64,000 nucleotides of DNA from Eukaryota sp. TZLM1-RC. Its lineage: Eukaryota; Protista; Metamonada: BaSk clade. The notes beneath the pieces are model-generated. The model was given only the letters and a program-made list of their open reading frames with translations. It searched no databases and was not told the DNA's origin. Positions 22,741-36,530 of the stretch are shown here, one piece after another. The DNA is taken from positions 1,736,001 to 1,800,000 of the forward strand of contig JAUPSS010000001.1 in the NCBI GenBank assembly GCA_040285825.1. Reading direction: 5' to 3'. The translations under genes and the position numbers were made by a program. Within the stretch, counting starts at the first letter, position 1. Every line of letters starts with the position of its first letter.

Positions 22741-24250
22741 ACCAACAAATGCAGCTTTGGCCAAATATTTTGATGAATTTTTTTTTAATTTAATTTTAAT
22801 TTATTTTCAAAACCACAGTCTAAAAGTCAATTTCTTCAAAACAAGCTTCCACACCATCAAACCTTACAGCAGCAATGTTTTCATAATGTGCACTGACAGA
22901 CATTAAAGCTTTCGAAATCATTTTAGGAATTGATTTGAAAATAGTAAAAACAATACGATTTAGCCACAAGCGACGATCAAAACGCTTATTCATTCTTTTT
23001 TTCACAAGATTTTCAAAATCATCAATAAAATTCAAAGCAGTTTTTCCAAGACGACCATACAACGATATAGCAAATGGGCAAATTTGGTAATCTACATGGC
23101 GAACATGTTTCAATTCTTTTAAAGGATTTGCATACTTTTTCCGTTTGTACAATTCGGAGTCATCAAGGGGGATACTTCGGATTGAGCATTTTTCAAGGCA
23201 TTTTTCTTGCAAACATCCACTGTTACGACATCAACAACATTCATGACATCATCAAACGAGGGCACAACAACATCAGCACGTCGTTTTCCATATTCTGAAT
23301 CTCTTACGCTTTCATTTATATCAAGAGACCTCAACAAAGGTTCTACAAAAGATTCAATATGATAGGAATTACACATTGCATGGATTTGATCTCTGACTGC
23401 ATCATGCAACGTAGAACGATAGGAAATATATCTATTACAATTAAATAAATGTGATAATGTCAAACCAGCTCCACATTTACAAAAACAAATCATTGGGCAA
23501 ATTACAAGGCCATAAATAACAACGCATTCTCATAGCAGTGGTCCATTGGTCGTCATTCAAAAATAGACCATAAATCTGGGGAATTTGATTTATCAAAACT
23601 GCAGATGATCTGTCTTTCAAATCAATCAAAAAATTGGCAAAAGCAGGATTTTCTTTCATAGCCGTGCTAAGTCGAACAATAAAATCCTTGTTTTCAAAAT
23701 TTTTCAAAAGATGTCGTTGGAGCTTTTTCAACGCAAATTTTAATGAATATAAACTTCTGTCTGGAATTTCTTGAATGGAAATGGGGAAACATGATTGCCA
23801 TAAGTCGGGAGATAAACTGGATATTTCTTCTCTTAAGTTATCCAGGAATATGCTATTTGTATTTTCAAGAAGATTTTCGGCAAAAGGATATCTTCTAGAG
23901 AATTCAAATACAAAATTTTTTCCACCACCAACAAATGCAGCTTTGGCCAAATATTTTGATGAATTTTTTTTAATTTAATTTTAATTTATTTTAAGAGCTT
24001 TAAGTCCCGGAGTCAAAGCACCGAACAATGAAAATACAGTAGATAAACTGAAAATACTTCATCCTTATGAAGACCCTATTATGGATCAAAATTTTTACGG
24101 CACATACTGGGAAAATTATCCATTGATGCCATCAGAAGTTTTTTCGGTTATCAAAAAGAGACCTCGTGGTAAGTCTGCCGGACTTTCTGGTATTACTATT
24201 GATCATGTAAAAGCCGCGATTATTTCTTCAGAAGATTGCCTTGGTTTATT

Positions 24251-24852
24251 TTTTTTTTAAAATTAATTTTATTCTAAACCTATAAATCAACATCTAAAAA
24301 ATCCATCTCTCCCAAAACAAAAACACTAGATGCAACTCTCTCATAGTGAGATCCAAGAGAAAGCAAAGCATCAGAAACCATCTTCAACATCCCCTTAAAA
24401 ATAGAAAACACAATTCTATTTTTGCCAAAACAATCTGTTGAAATTTCTGCCAGTTCTTCTCTTTACAATCATTTCAAAATCATCCAAAAACGTAAAGCAG
24501 TTGGTGCAAGTGAACCAAAAAGGGAAAATACAAATGGATACAAATTGTATTTTGCATGCTGTAGACTGGCCAATTTGGACAAAGGTTCATTGTATTTTTT
24601 GAATTTAAAATTTTCAGCATTTGAAAGGGGATTATGAATTTCAGAATTAACAAGCCTTTCATTTGAGGCATTACAAGGATCAACAGACATTACATCCAAT
24701 AAAATAAAGCTTCCATCTAATCCAGGTAATATGACATCACCTCTATTATTCTTGTGAAAATCATTTTCAGCATCAAACAGATTTGACAACAGAGGTTCCA
24801 AGAAGGATTCAATTCTATGAGATTTACACATACAAACATACAATATTTCATA
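24251..24852 (-). mobile_element. Family A 5'-truncated copy in D (duplicate of 11049-11651)
   Basis: TSD CCTTGGTTTATT 24239-24250 / 24853-24864. Confidence 0.93.
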
Positions 24853-25704
24853 CCTTGGTTTATTGACCAGATTTTTCAACCAAATATTATCTGGTCAACG
24901 CAAGTACCCAGAAGAATTAAGAAGTTCTCGTTTGACTGCACTTGTCAAAAATTCAAAAATGGATGTTCGTCCTATTGCAGTCTCTGAGAGCTTACATAAT
25001 ATTTTTTCTGCGTGTTGCTTAAGCAGGTTCAATGAAAAAGCTAAAAAGATTTTATTACCCTTTCAATATGGTATAAATACTACAGATGGAGTCTCTTCAG
25101 CGATTTTTGCTACTGATGTCTTATTTCGTCAAAATGAATCCAATGTTTGCATGTCATTGGATTTTAGTAATGCTTTCAATTCGCTAAGTCGTCGCAGTAT
25201 CCATGGTGCTCTATTGCAATATATGCCAGAATTAATACCATATTTTCAATCAACATATTGCACATATTCTAATTTACATTTTGGTAACAACATTTTGATT
25301 TCATCAAGTGGCGTAAAAGCAAGGAGATCCGTTAGGACCTCTTTTGTTTTGTTTGGCCATTCATCCTATTCTACTGCAAATTCAAGAGATGTTTCCTTCA
25401 CTAAAAATGATTGCATATATGGATGATGTTGTGCTTATTGGTGAATTAAATATTGTGAAAAAAGCAACTGTATGTTTTAAAGAATTATTTACCAAAATTG
25501 GTCTCCGACTTAATTTACTTAAATGTGTTTTGTTATCGAATTCTCCAGTTTCCACAATAATTGATGATATTGAAATTCAAGCCAAATTATATTCAATTGA
25601 TGCTATTCGTCATTTGGGTTCGTTTTTAGGAAATAATGATGAAATTACCAAAAAATTGTTTGAAAAGTTGAACTCAATTTCTGACAAAATTGACCGAATG
25701 ATGA

Positions 25705-27286
25705 TTTTTTTTTTTTAAAATTTAATTTTATTCTAAACCTATAAATCAACATCTAAAAAAATCCATCTCTCCCAAAACAAAAACACTAGATGCAACTCTC
25801 TCATAGTGAGATCCAAGAGAAAGCAAAGCATCAGAAACCATCTTCAACATCCCCTTAAAAATAGAGGACACAATTCTATTTTGCCAAAACAATCTGTTGA
25901 AATTTCTGCCAGTTCTTCTCTTTACAATCATTTCAAAATCATCCAAAAACGTAAAGCAGTTGGTGCAAGTGAACCAAAAAGGGAAAATACAAATGGATAC
26001 AAATTGTATTTTGCATGCTGTAGACTGGCCAATTTGGACAAAGGTTCATTGTATTTTTTGAATTTAAAATTTTCAGCATTTGAAAGGGGATTATGAATTT
26101 CAGAATTAACAAGCCTTTCATTTGAGGCATTACAAGGATCAACAGACATTACATCCAATAAAATGAAGCTTCCATCTAATCCAGGTAATATGACATCACC
26201 TCTATTATTCTTATGAAAATCATTTTCAGCATCAAACAGATTTGACAACAAAGGTTCCAAGAAGGATTCAATTCTATGAGATTTACACATACAATATAAC
26301 TGGTCTCTTACAGCATCATGAACCTTGCTTCTAAAAGTAATAAAATGTTTACAATTTAACAAATGAGTAGTTGTAATTTCTCGAGAACATTTACAAATTA
26401 AATTATGAGGTAAATTGTCAGGCCAGATAAAGGAACGAAATCTCATATTCAGAGTCCAAGCAGAATCGGATAAGAGAGTACCATAAACTTGTGGAATTGT
26501 TGTTACTAAGGCAGAAGAAGTACTGTCACACATATCTTGTAAAAAGATTTGCAAAAGCGGGATTCTTTTTCTTGGCCAAGCCAAGTCTAACATCAAAATC
26601 CAAGCTTTCAAAAATCTTTGACAATTTTTGTTGAAGCTTTTTACAGCAAAACTGTAAATTAAATAGAGATCGGTTTGGAATTTCTTGAATTGATTGAGGA
26701 AAACATTTGGTCCAAATTTGTGGCGGTAATTTTTCAAGTTCACAAGATAACTCATACAAATAGGGACTACAATTGGGGACTAACAGATGAGAATCATCAG
26801 GAAATCTACGAGAAAATTCATAAATAAAATTTTTGCCACCACCCAAGAATGCTGATTGACACAAAATTGAAGATTTAGTAAAACCAATACCACCCAAATT
26901 TGCTGAAGAAAATAAATGGCTTTTCAACATTCCTGGTTCTACATCCAATAAATCAGCAAAAATTCTGTTCTCAATGAATTAAAAGAACGACAAAAGTCTA
27001 ATGCTATGGAAGGAGCACAAGATCTCAAAATGTGGGTTATTCTCCCAGTGTAGCAAATTTTAAGCATGAAAAATTTAATATGCTTTTCTATATCTAAAGA
27101 AGAAATTGAATCAAGTTCAATTTTCATTTTTTCCAAAATAACTTGCAATTCATTCTGAATTTGAGGCACATTTCCTAACCAACAACCAAGGAACTTAAAA
27201 GCATCACTACTATAATTAGTAAAAGGGACAATAGAATCGTTTATCACGAGGTCTTGAGCAGAAGAGCCAATCAGAAGGCATTTGCT
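25705..27286 (-). mobile_element. Family A 5'-truncated copy (~1.58 kb) in D
   Basis: Poly(A); TSD GAATGATGA 25696-25704 / 27287-27295. Confidence 0.93.
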
Positions 27287-28873
27287 GAATGATGAATTTA
27301 GATATAAAAAAACACATCAAATTTACCATTATAAGACTGTGTTTTAGTTCCAATTTTAATCATATATTTCGATCTACAAATCCTCTCGTCACTAGACCTT
27401 TGGCTCAAAAGTTTAATGAGTTACGTGCAAAAGTTCTGTCTCAATTACTGGGATGTAAAATGTTTCAAATTCCAGATCATGCTTACCTTAGTCCACAATA
27501 TGGTGGTTTAGGGTGGACGAAGGCTTCTATTCTTACCTCGTGTGCTTTTGTTGGTGGATGCAGAAATGCAATCTTTGAGTTCTCCGAAAGATTTGCAGAT
27601 TGGGAAGATTTATTGATGACAACGCAAAGTTCCACTGTTTTTGCATTAAATGAAGAAATTTCAAGAATTGATGTAGGAAAATGGGGTCGATGTTTTCCCC
27701 AATCATTCAATGGCAATATTCCAGAAAAAAATGTTTTAAATTTGAAGTATACTCTTCAAACATTACAGAAAAGATTGACTGGAATGTATGAAAAAGATCT
27801 TTATAATAATATTTGCAGCTCGGCTGTTTTAAATCAAGATCTTCACTCATTGTTATTGGAAAAGGGTGTTTGTGAAAACAAGGTGTCAGATTCTTCACTT
27901 TTTGTAACCATTGTACCACGAAGATTTGGATTGTGTGCTACTAATGAAGCATTTGTAACAAAAATGAGATTATATTTGAACATCCCCATTAACCAATTAT
28001 TATCAAAAGAAAAATGTATTTGTTCGAATTCACCTCAACTCACTTTGCGCCATGCTCTAAATTGCTCTAAATTGATAACTTATCGTTCTTCATTACATGA
28101 TGCTGTTAGAGACACTGTTTTCAATATGGCACAAACTGCAAGGATATCGTGTATCAAAGAGCCTCTGCTGAAAGAAACACTTTCTCTGAATAATTTTGGT
28201 TCTGATGATAGAGGTGATGTATACTGTGATTGGATTGATAATTCTGAAGCTATTGTTGACTTTGTCTCATGTAATGTTGCAAACGATACTTTGGTTCACA
28301 GAAGAAAACTTAATCCTGTGGCTGCTCTGGATTTTAAAGCAAAAGAAAAACATAGAAAATATGATAAAGAAATTGAAGATGCAAATATCGATAGAAATAC
28401 ACAGCTGGTTTTTATTGCTTTCCCATTTTCGATAAATGGAAGATTATCAGTTGAAGCAGAAACTTTTTTGGATGACTTCCAAAAAATGGTGAAAGAAAAA
28501 ACAATGAAAAGATTTTTTTTTATTTAAATTTAATTTTATTCTAAACCTATAAATCAACATCTAAAAAATCCATCTCTCCCAAAACGAAAACACTAGATGC
28601 AACTCTCTCATAGTGAGATCCAAGAGAAAGCAAAGCATCAGAAACCATCTTCAACATCCCCTTAAAAATAGAAAACACAATTCTATTTTGCCAAAACAAT
28701 CTGTTGAAATTTCTGCCAGTTCTTCTCTTTACAATCATTTCAAAATCATCCAAAAAACGTAAAGCAGTTGGTGCAAGTGAACCAAAAAGGGAAAATACAA
28801 ATGGATACAAATTGTATTTTGCATGCTGTAGACTGGCCAATTTGGACAAAGGTTCATTGTATTTTTTGAATTT

Positions 28874-29881
28874 CTGATTCACTATCTTCTTTTGGGAAAT
28901 TTTCTGAATCTTTAGCGATTAATTGTTTTGATGTAGGGGAGGCATTTTTTTTTTTTTTTTTTTTAAAATTTAATTTTATTCTAAACCTATAAATCAACAT
29001 CTAAAAAATCCATCTCTCCCAAAACAAAAACACTAGATGCAACTCTCTCATAGTGAGATCCAAGAGAAAGCAAAGCATCAGAAACCATCTTCAACATCCC
29101 CTTAAAAATAGAAAACACAATTCTATTTTGCCAAAACAATCTGTTGAAATTTCTGCCAGTTCTTCTCTTTACAATCATTTCAAAATCATCCAAAAAACGT
29201 AAAGCAGTTGGTGCAAGTGAACCAAAAAGGGAAAATACAAATGGATACAAATTGTATTTTGCATGCTGTAGACTGGCCAATTTGGACAAAGGTTCATTGT
29301 ATTTTTTGAATTTAAAATTTTCAGCATTTGAAAGGGGATTATGAATTTCAGAATTAACAAGCCTTTCATTTGAGGCATTACAAGGATCAACAGACATTAC
29401 ATCCAATAAAATGAAGCTTCCATCTAATCCAGGTAATATGACATCACCTCTATTATTCTTATGAAAATCATTTTCAGCATCAAACAGATTTGACAACAAA
29501 GGTTCCAAGAAGGATTCAATTCTATGAGATTTACACATACAATATAACTGGTCTCTTACAGCATCATGAACCTTGCTTCTAAAAGTAATAAAATGTTTAC
29601 AATTTAACAAATGAGTAGTTGTAATTTCTCGAGAACATTTACAAATTAAATTATGAGGTAAATTATCAGGCCAGATAAAGGAACGAAATCTCATATTCAG
29701 AGTCCAAGCAGAATCGGATAAGAGAGTACCATATACTTGTGGAATTGTTGTTACTAAGGCAGAAGAAGTACTGTCACACATATCTTGTAAAAGATTTGTA
29801 GGGGAGGCAGGTTTTGAGGATGTGGAGTTTTAATTGTGTATTTCATATTTGTTGTTGAATAAAAAGTTTTAGAAAAAAAAA
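28874..29881 (+). mobile_element. Family E 3' terminal fragment (~0.15 kb) split by a truncated A
   Basis: Matches 59755-59880; ends AGFEDVEF-TAA, AATAAA, poly(A); TSD ATTTTTTGAATTT 28861-28873 / 29882-29894. Confidence 0.88.
28945..29796 (-). mobile_element. Family A 5'-truncated copy (~0.85 kb) in E
   Basis: Long poly(A); TSD TGTAGGGGAGGCA 28932-28944 / 29797-29809; open 264 aa RLE ORF. Confidence 0.95.
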
Positions 29882-30886
29882 ATTTTTTGAATTTAAAATT
29901 TTCAGCATTTGAAAGGGGATTATGAATTTCAGAATTAACAAGCCTTTCATTTGAGGCATTACAAGGATCAACAGACATTACATCCAATAAAATGAAGCTT
30001 CCATCTAATCCAGGTAATATGACATCACCTCTATTATTCTTATGAAAAACATTTTCAGCATCAAACAGATTTGACAACAAAGGTTCCAAGAAGGATTCAA
30101 TTCTATGAGATTTACACATACAATATAACTGGTCTCTTACAGCATCATGAACCTTGCTTCTAAAAGTAATAAAATGTTTACAATTTAACAAATGAGTAGT
30201 TGTAATTTCTCGAGAACATTTACAAATTAAATTATGAGGTAAATTATCAGGCCAGATAAAGGAACGAAATCTCATATTCAGAGTCCAAGCTTTTTTTTTT
30301 AAAATTTAATTTTATTCTAAACCTATAAATCAACATCTAAAAAATCCATCTCTCCCAAAACAAAAACACTAGATGCAACTCTCTCATAGTGAGATCCAAG
30401 AGAAAGCAAAGCATCAGAAACCATCTTCAACATCCCCTTAAAAATAGAGAACACAATTCTATTTTGCCAAAACAATCTGTTGAAATTTCTGCCAGTTCTT
30501 CTCTTTACAATCATTTCAAAATCATCCAAAAAACGTAAAGCAGTTGGTGCAAGTGAACCAAAAAGGGAAAATACAAATGGATACAAATTGTATTTTTGCA
30601 TGCTGTAGACTGGCCAATTTGGACAAAGGTTCATTGTATTTTTTGAATTTAAAATTTTCAGCATTTGAAAGGGGATTATGAATTTCAGAATTAACAAGCC
30701 TTTCATTTGAGGCATTACAAGGATCAACAGACATTACATCCAATAAAATGAAGCTTCCATCTAATCCAGGTAATATGACATCACCTCTATTATTCTTATG
30801 AAAATCATTTTCAGCATCAAACAGATTTGACAACAAAGGTTCCAAGAAGGATTCAATTCTATGAGATTTACACATACAATATAACT

Positions 30887-31471
30887 TTTTTTTTTTTTCA
30901 ACTTTTAATTTATTTTCAGAACCACAGTCTAAAAGTCAATATCTTCAAAACAAGCTTCCACACCATCAAACCTTACAGCAGCAATGTTTTCATAATGTGC
31001 ACTGACAGACATTAAAGCTTTCGAAATCATTTTAGGAATTGATTTGAAAATAGTAAAAACAATACGATTTAGCCACAAGCGACGATCAAAACGCTTATTC
31101 ATTCTTTTTTTCACAAGATTTTCAAAATCATCAATAAAATTCAAAGCAGTTTTTCCAAGACGACCATACAACGATATAGCAAATGGGCAAATTAGGTAAT
31201 CTACATGGCGAACATGTTTCAATTCTTTTAAAGGATTTGCATACTTTTTTCGTTTGTACAATTCGGAGTCATCAAGGGGGGATACTTCGGATTGAGCATT
31301 TTTCAAGGCATTTTTCTTGCAAACATCCACTGTTACGACATCAACAACATTCATGACATCATCAAACGAGGGCACAACAACATCAGCACGTCGTTTTCCA
31401 TATTCTGAATCTCTTACGCTTTCATTTATATCAAGAGACCTCAACAAAGGTTCTACAAAAGATTCAATATG
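30887..31471 (-). mobile_element. Family B 5'-truncated copy (~0.58 kb) in A
   Basis: Poly(A); TSD ATACAATATAACT 30874-30886 / 31472-31484. Confidence 0.94.
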
Positions 31472-33037
31472 ATACAATATAACTGGTCTCTTACAGCATC
31501 ATGAACCTTGCTTCTAAAAGTAATAAAATGTTTACAATTTAACAAATGAGTAGTTGTAATTTCTCGAGAACATTTACAAATTAAATTATGAGGTAAATTA
31601 TCAGGCCAGATAAAGGAACGAAATCTCATATTCAGAGTCCAGGCAGAATCGGATAAGAGAGTACCATAAACTTGTGGAATTGTTGTTACTAAGGCAGAAG
31701 AAGTACTGTCACACATATCTTGTAAAAGATTTGCAAAAGCGGGATTCTTTTTCTTGGCCAAGCCAAGTCTAACATCAAAATCCAAGCTTTCAAAAATCTT
31801 TGACAATTTTTGTTGAAGCTTTTTACAGCAAAACTGTAAATTAAATAGAGATCGGTTTGGAATTTCTTGAATTGATTGAGGAAAACATTTGGTCCAAATT
31901 TGTGGCGGTAATTTTTCAAGTTCACAAGATAACTCATACAAATAGGGACTACAATTGGGGACTAACAGATGAGAATCATCAGGAAATCTACGAGAAAATT
32001 CATAAATAAAATTTTTGCCACCACCCAAGAATGCTGATTGACACAAAATTGAAGATTTAGTAAAACCAATACCACCCAAATTTGCTGAAGAAAATAAATG
32101 GCTTTTCAACATTCCTGGTTCTACATCCAATAAATCAGCAAAAAATTCTGTTCTCAATGAATTAAAAGAACGACAAAAATCTAATGCTATGGAAGGAGCA
32201 CAAGATCTCAAAATGTGGGTTATTCTCCCAGTGTAGCAAATTTTAAGCATGAAAAATTTAATATGCTTTTTCTATATCTAAAGAAGAAATTGAATCAAGT
32301 TCAATTTTCATTTTTTCCAAAATAACTTGCAATTCATTCTGAATTTGAGGCACATTTCCTAACCAACAACCAAGGAACTTAAAAGCATCACTACTATAAT
32401 TAGTAAAAGGGACAATAGAATCGTTTATCACGAGGTCTTGAGCAGAAGAGCCAATCAGAAGGCATTTGCTGGCATTAAGATGAAGCCCAATATTTTCATA
32501 TGAATCGGCAATTTCTTGAGCAACCAATTCTAGTAAATCAAATGAACCAATCAAGGATATATCATCCATATAAGCAACTATTTTTATAGAAGGGTATTTT
32601 TGCTTAATGATATTTAAAGTTTTGTGAATAGCTAAACAAAACAATAATGGGCCTAAAGGATCTCCCTGCTTCACTCCAGAAGATGATTTAAGACCAAATG
32701 AATTAAAAATTAAATCTGATTCTTTCCCATAAAAATGGTAGAAAAAAACTCGATAGCTCAGGAAAATCAGATTTAATAACTTCAAAAATTACTTCTCGCT
32801 TTACAGAATTAAAAGCATTTTTAAAGTCGAGATTAAAAATAAAATTATTTTCCTCTGCATTAAAAAAAAGGTATCAGAGGCAATAGCAGCAACAGAAGCA
32901 CCATCAATTGTTTTGATTCCAAATTGATGAGGATTCAAAAATGTAGAAGCTTTGTCTTTGACACGATCGAAGACAATTGATGCTAGCAAACGAGAAAGAG
33001 ATTCACCAACAGCAATTGGGCGTATTCCATCAGGTTT

Positions 33038-36000
33038 TTTTTTTTTTAAAATTTAATTTTATTCTAAACCTATAAATCAACATCTAAAAAATCCATCTCT
33101 CCCAAAACAAAAACACTAGATGCAACTCTCTCATAGTGAGATCCAAGAGAAAGCAAAGCATCAGAAACCATCTTCAACATCCCCTTAAAAATAGAAAACA
33201 CAATTCTATTTTGCCAAAACAATCTGTTGAAATTTCTGCCAGTTCTTCTCTTTACAATCATTTCAAAATCATCCAAAAAACGTAAAGCAGTTGGTGCAAG
33301 TGAACCAAAAGGGAAAATACAAATGGATACAAATTGTATTTTTGCATGCTGTAGACTGGCCAATTTGGACAAAGGTTCATTGTATTTTTTGAATTTAAAA
33401 TTTTCAGCATTTGAAAGGGGATTATGAATTTCAGAATTAACAAGCCTTTCATTTGAGGCATTACAAGGATCAACAGACATTACATCCAATAAAATGAAGC
33501 TTCCATCTAATCCAGGTAATATGACATCACCTCTATTATTCTTATGAAAATCATTTTCAGCATCAAACAGATTTGACAACAAAGGTTCCAAGAAGGATTC
33601 AATTCTATGAGATTTACACATACAATATAACTGGTCTCTTACAGCATCATGAACCTTGCTTCTAAAAGTAATAAAATGTTTACAATTTAACAAATGAGTA
33701 GTTGTAATTTCTCGAGAACATTTACAAATTAAATTATGAGGTAAATTATCAGGCCAGATAAAGGAACGAAATCTCATATTCAGAGTCCAAGCAGAATCGG
33801 ATAAGAGAGTACCATAAACTTGTGGAATTGTTGTTACTAAGGCAGAAGAAGTACTGTCACACATATCTTGTAAAAGATTTGCAAAAGCGGGATTCTTTTT
33901 CTTGGCCAAGCCAAGTCTAACATCAAAATCCAAGCTTTCAAAAATCTTTGACAATTTTTGTTGAAGCTTTTTACAGCAAAACTGTAAATTAAATAGAGAT
34001 CGGTTTGGAATTTCTTGAATTGATTGAGGAAAACATTTGGTCCAAATTTGTGGCGGTAATTTTTCAAGTTCACAAGATAACTCATACAAATAGGGACTAC
34101 AATTGGGGACTAACAGATGAGAATCATCAGGAAATCTACGAGAAAATTCATAAATAAAATTTTGCCACCACCCAAGAATGCTGATTGACACAAAATTGAA
34201 GATTTAGTAAATCCAATACCCCCAAATTTGCTGAAGAAAATAAATGGCTTTTCAACATTCCTGGTTCTACATCCAATAAATCAGCAAAAAATTCTGTTCT
34301 CAATGAATTAAAAGAACGACAAAAATCTAATGCTATGGAAGGAGCACAAGATCTCAAAATGTGGGTTATTCTCCCAGTGTAGCAAATTTTAAGCATAAAA
34401 AATTTAATATGCTTTTCTATATCTAAAGAAGAAATTGAATCAAGTTCAATTTTCATTTTTTCCAAAATAACTTGCAATTCATTCTGAATTTGAGGCACAT
34501 TTCCTAACCAACAACCAAGGAACTTAAAAGCATCACTACTATAATTAGTAAAAGGGACAATAGAATCGTTTATCACGAGGTCTTGAGCAGAAGAGCCAAT
34601 CAGAAGGCATTTGCTGGCATTAAGATGAAGCCCAATATTTTCATATGAATCGGCAATTTCTTGAGCAACCAATTCTAGTAAATCAAATGAACCAATCAAG
34701 GATATATCATCCATATAAGCAACTATTTTTATAGAAGGGTATTTTTGCTTAATGATATTTAAAGTTTTGTGAATAGCCAAACAAAACAATAATGGACCTA
34801 AAGGGTCACCTTGCTTCACACCAGAAGATGATTTAAGAGCAAATGAATTAAAAATTAAATCTGATTCTTTACCATAAAAATGGTAGAAAAAACTCGATAG
34901 CTCAGGAAAATCAGATTTAATAACTTCAAAAATTGCTTCTCGCTTTACAGAATTAAAAGCATTTTTAAAGTCGAGATTAAAAATAAAATTATTTTCCTCT
35001 GCATTAAAAAAGGTATCAGAGGCAATAGCAGCAACAGAAGCACCATCAATTGTTTTGATTCCAAATTGATGAGGATTCAAAAATGTAGAGGCTTTGTCTT
35101 TGACACGATCGAAGACAATTGATGCCAGCAAACGAGAAAGAGATTCACCAACAGCAATTGGGCGTATTCCATCAGGTTTGATTCCGTTTCCAGGCTTTAC
35201 TAAAGCAATCAGACGTGCTGCGAGCAATTCAAATGGAGGATTTATTTTCAAAACAATTAATTGTTGAAAATAGTGGGCTAGATCATCAGCAATTTCGGGA
35301 GCACTGGAACACGCTATTTTTAAGAGATCAAAAGAAATTCCAGATGGGCCTGCTGCTTTCCCCTTTGGCAATTTTTGAATAGCTTTAAGAACTTCAATTG
35401 CAGTAATAGGATTTTCAATCCAAAAAGGACACACTTCAGGCTTGCTGCACTTGAAATTTTCTTGAGGATGCAACTTTTGGAGTTTTTCAAGGGTATCAGA
35501 GTTTACATCAGCCAAAGAAGTGGAAAACAAAGACTGCTTTGCGGCACCATAACGACCACGTAAGCACAATTTTCGGCAAATTTTTGATTTTACAATTTTT
35601 CTATTTCCCAATTTTTTCTTAAAACAATTTTTGTTTTTTCTAGCAAAATATTTCCAGAAGGATGAAATATTCCACTTATTATTTTTCAATTCAGAAGTAA
35701 AATTTCTCATTTCCATTGAGAAGGGGATTGTGCTGGCGGGACTTATTTCTACTGGGATCCGGATCGGGGGTCTTACGGTATCAACGGCTTTACAATTCGT
35801 ACAAAACAGAAGTTTTCGACCATTTCGTGAATCTGCAACATCTTTTTGCAAAATGGACAACAAAAATTACTGTTTTCAGAAGGGGAAGAAGAGGGAACAC
35901 TAGAAGCATTTAACTGTTGATCGTCAGAAACATTATTTTCAGCACCTTTCACAACGGCAACAGCTGGAACAGAACATTTGAGAATTTGTTGAGCAGATTT

Positions 36001-36530
36001 TAATTCAAATTCTCTTTTTTTGTTTCTCAGGGCACGTTCTCGAATTATGACCACTGATACCACAAATCGAACATTTTTAGAACCTTTTAATGGCAGTGGT
36101 TTCATTTTTTCAGTTCTTTCAATTTTGTCAATTTTTGAGTTAAAAGTAGAAATAGACTTTTGACTTTTTGCAGTTTCAGCTGGAGAAAACAAATTTCGAG
36201 AAACGGAGTTGTTAATAGAACGCGCAACAGAACGCAAGGAACGTAATGGTGGTTTTTCTGTGTTTTTTCTGGTACAATGATCAGTTTTTGAATGAAATTT
36301 TTTTTGAGATGAATTTCGAGCATAGCTTGTATTGTGGGGAGAGTGGGGAAGTGGAATGGATGAGCTTGATCTGACTGGTAGAATCTTTGCTTGGGCGTTC
36401 CAATCAGTATCAGAGTCACTATCAGCCAAAGGCATCGTTTTGACAGAGAAACAGTACGACTTTGACGCCTTGACAGAAAGTGAAATATGAAAGGGTTGAC
36501 TAAGGGAGGGAGAAAAAAAAAAAAAAAAGG
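33038..36530 (-). mobile_element. Family A full-length copy A4 (ORF 36435-33070) inserted in family A, same orientation
   Basis: 5' T16 tract, poly(A), TSD TTCCATCAGGTTT 33025-33037 / 36531-36543; 571 aa and 373 aa ORF pieces. Confidence 0.96.

Larger units (their letters stand above)
17716..23965 (-). mobile_element. Head-to-tail family B truncated copies (17716-17849, 17850-22778, 22779-23965) carrying A3 and insert F copy
   Basis: Duplicate of 988-10763 without A2. Confidence 0.9.
16730..27286. repeat. Second copy of a ~13.2 kb tandem segmental duplication (first copy 1-~14085, which additionally carries A2)
   Basis: Same element order and identical junctions at offset 16729 before the A2 site and ~13204 after it. 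Confidence 0.92.
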
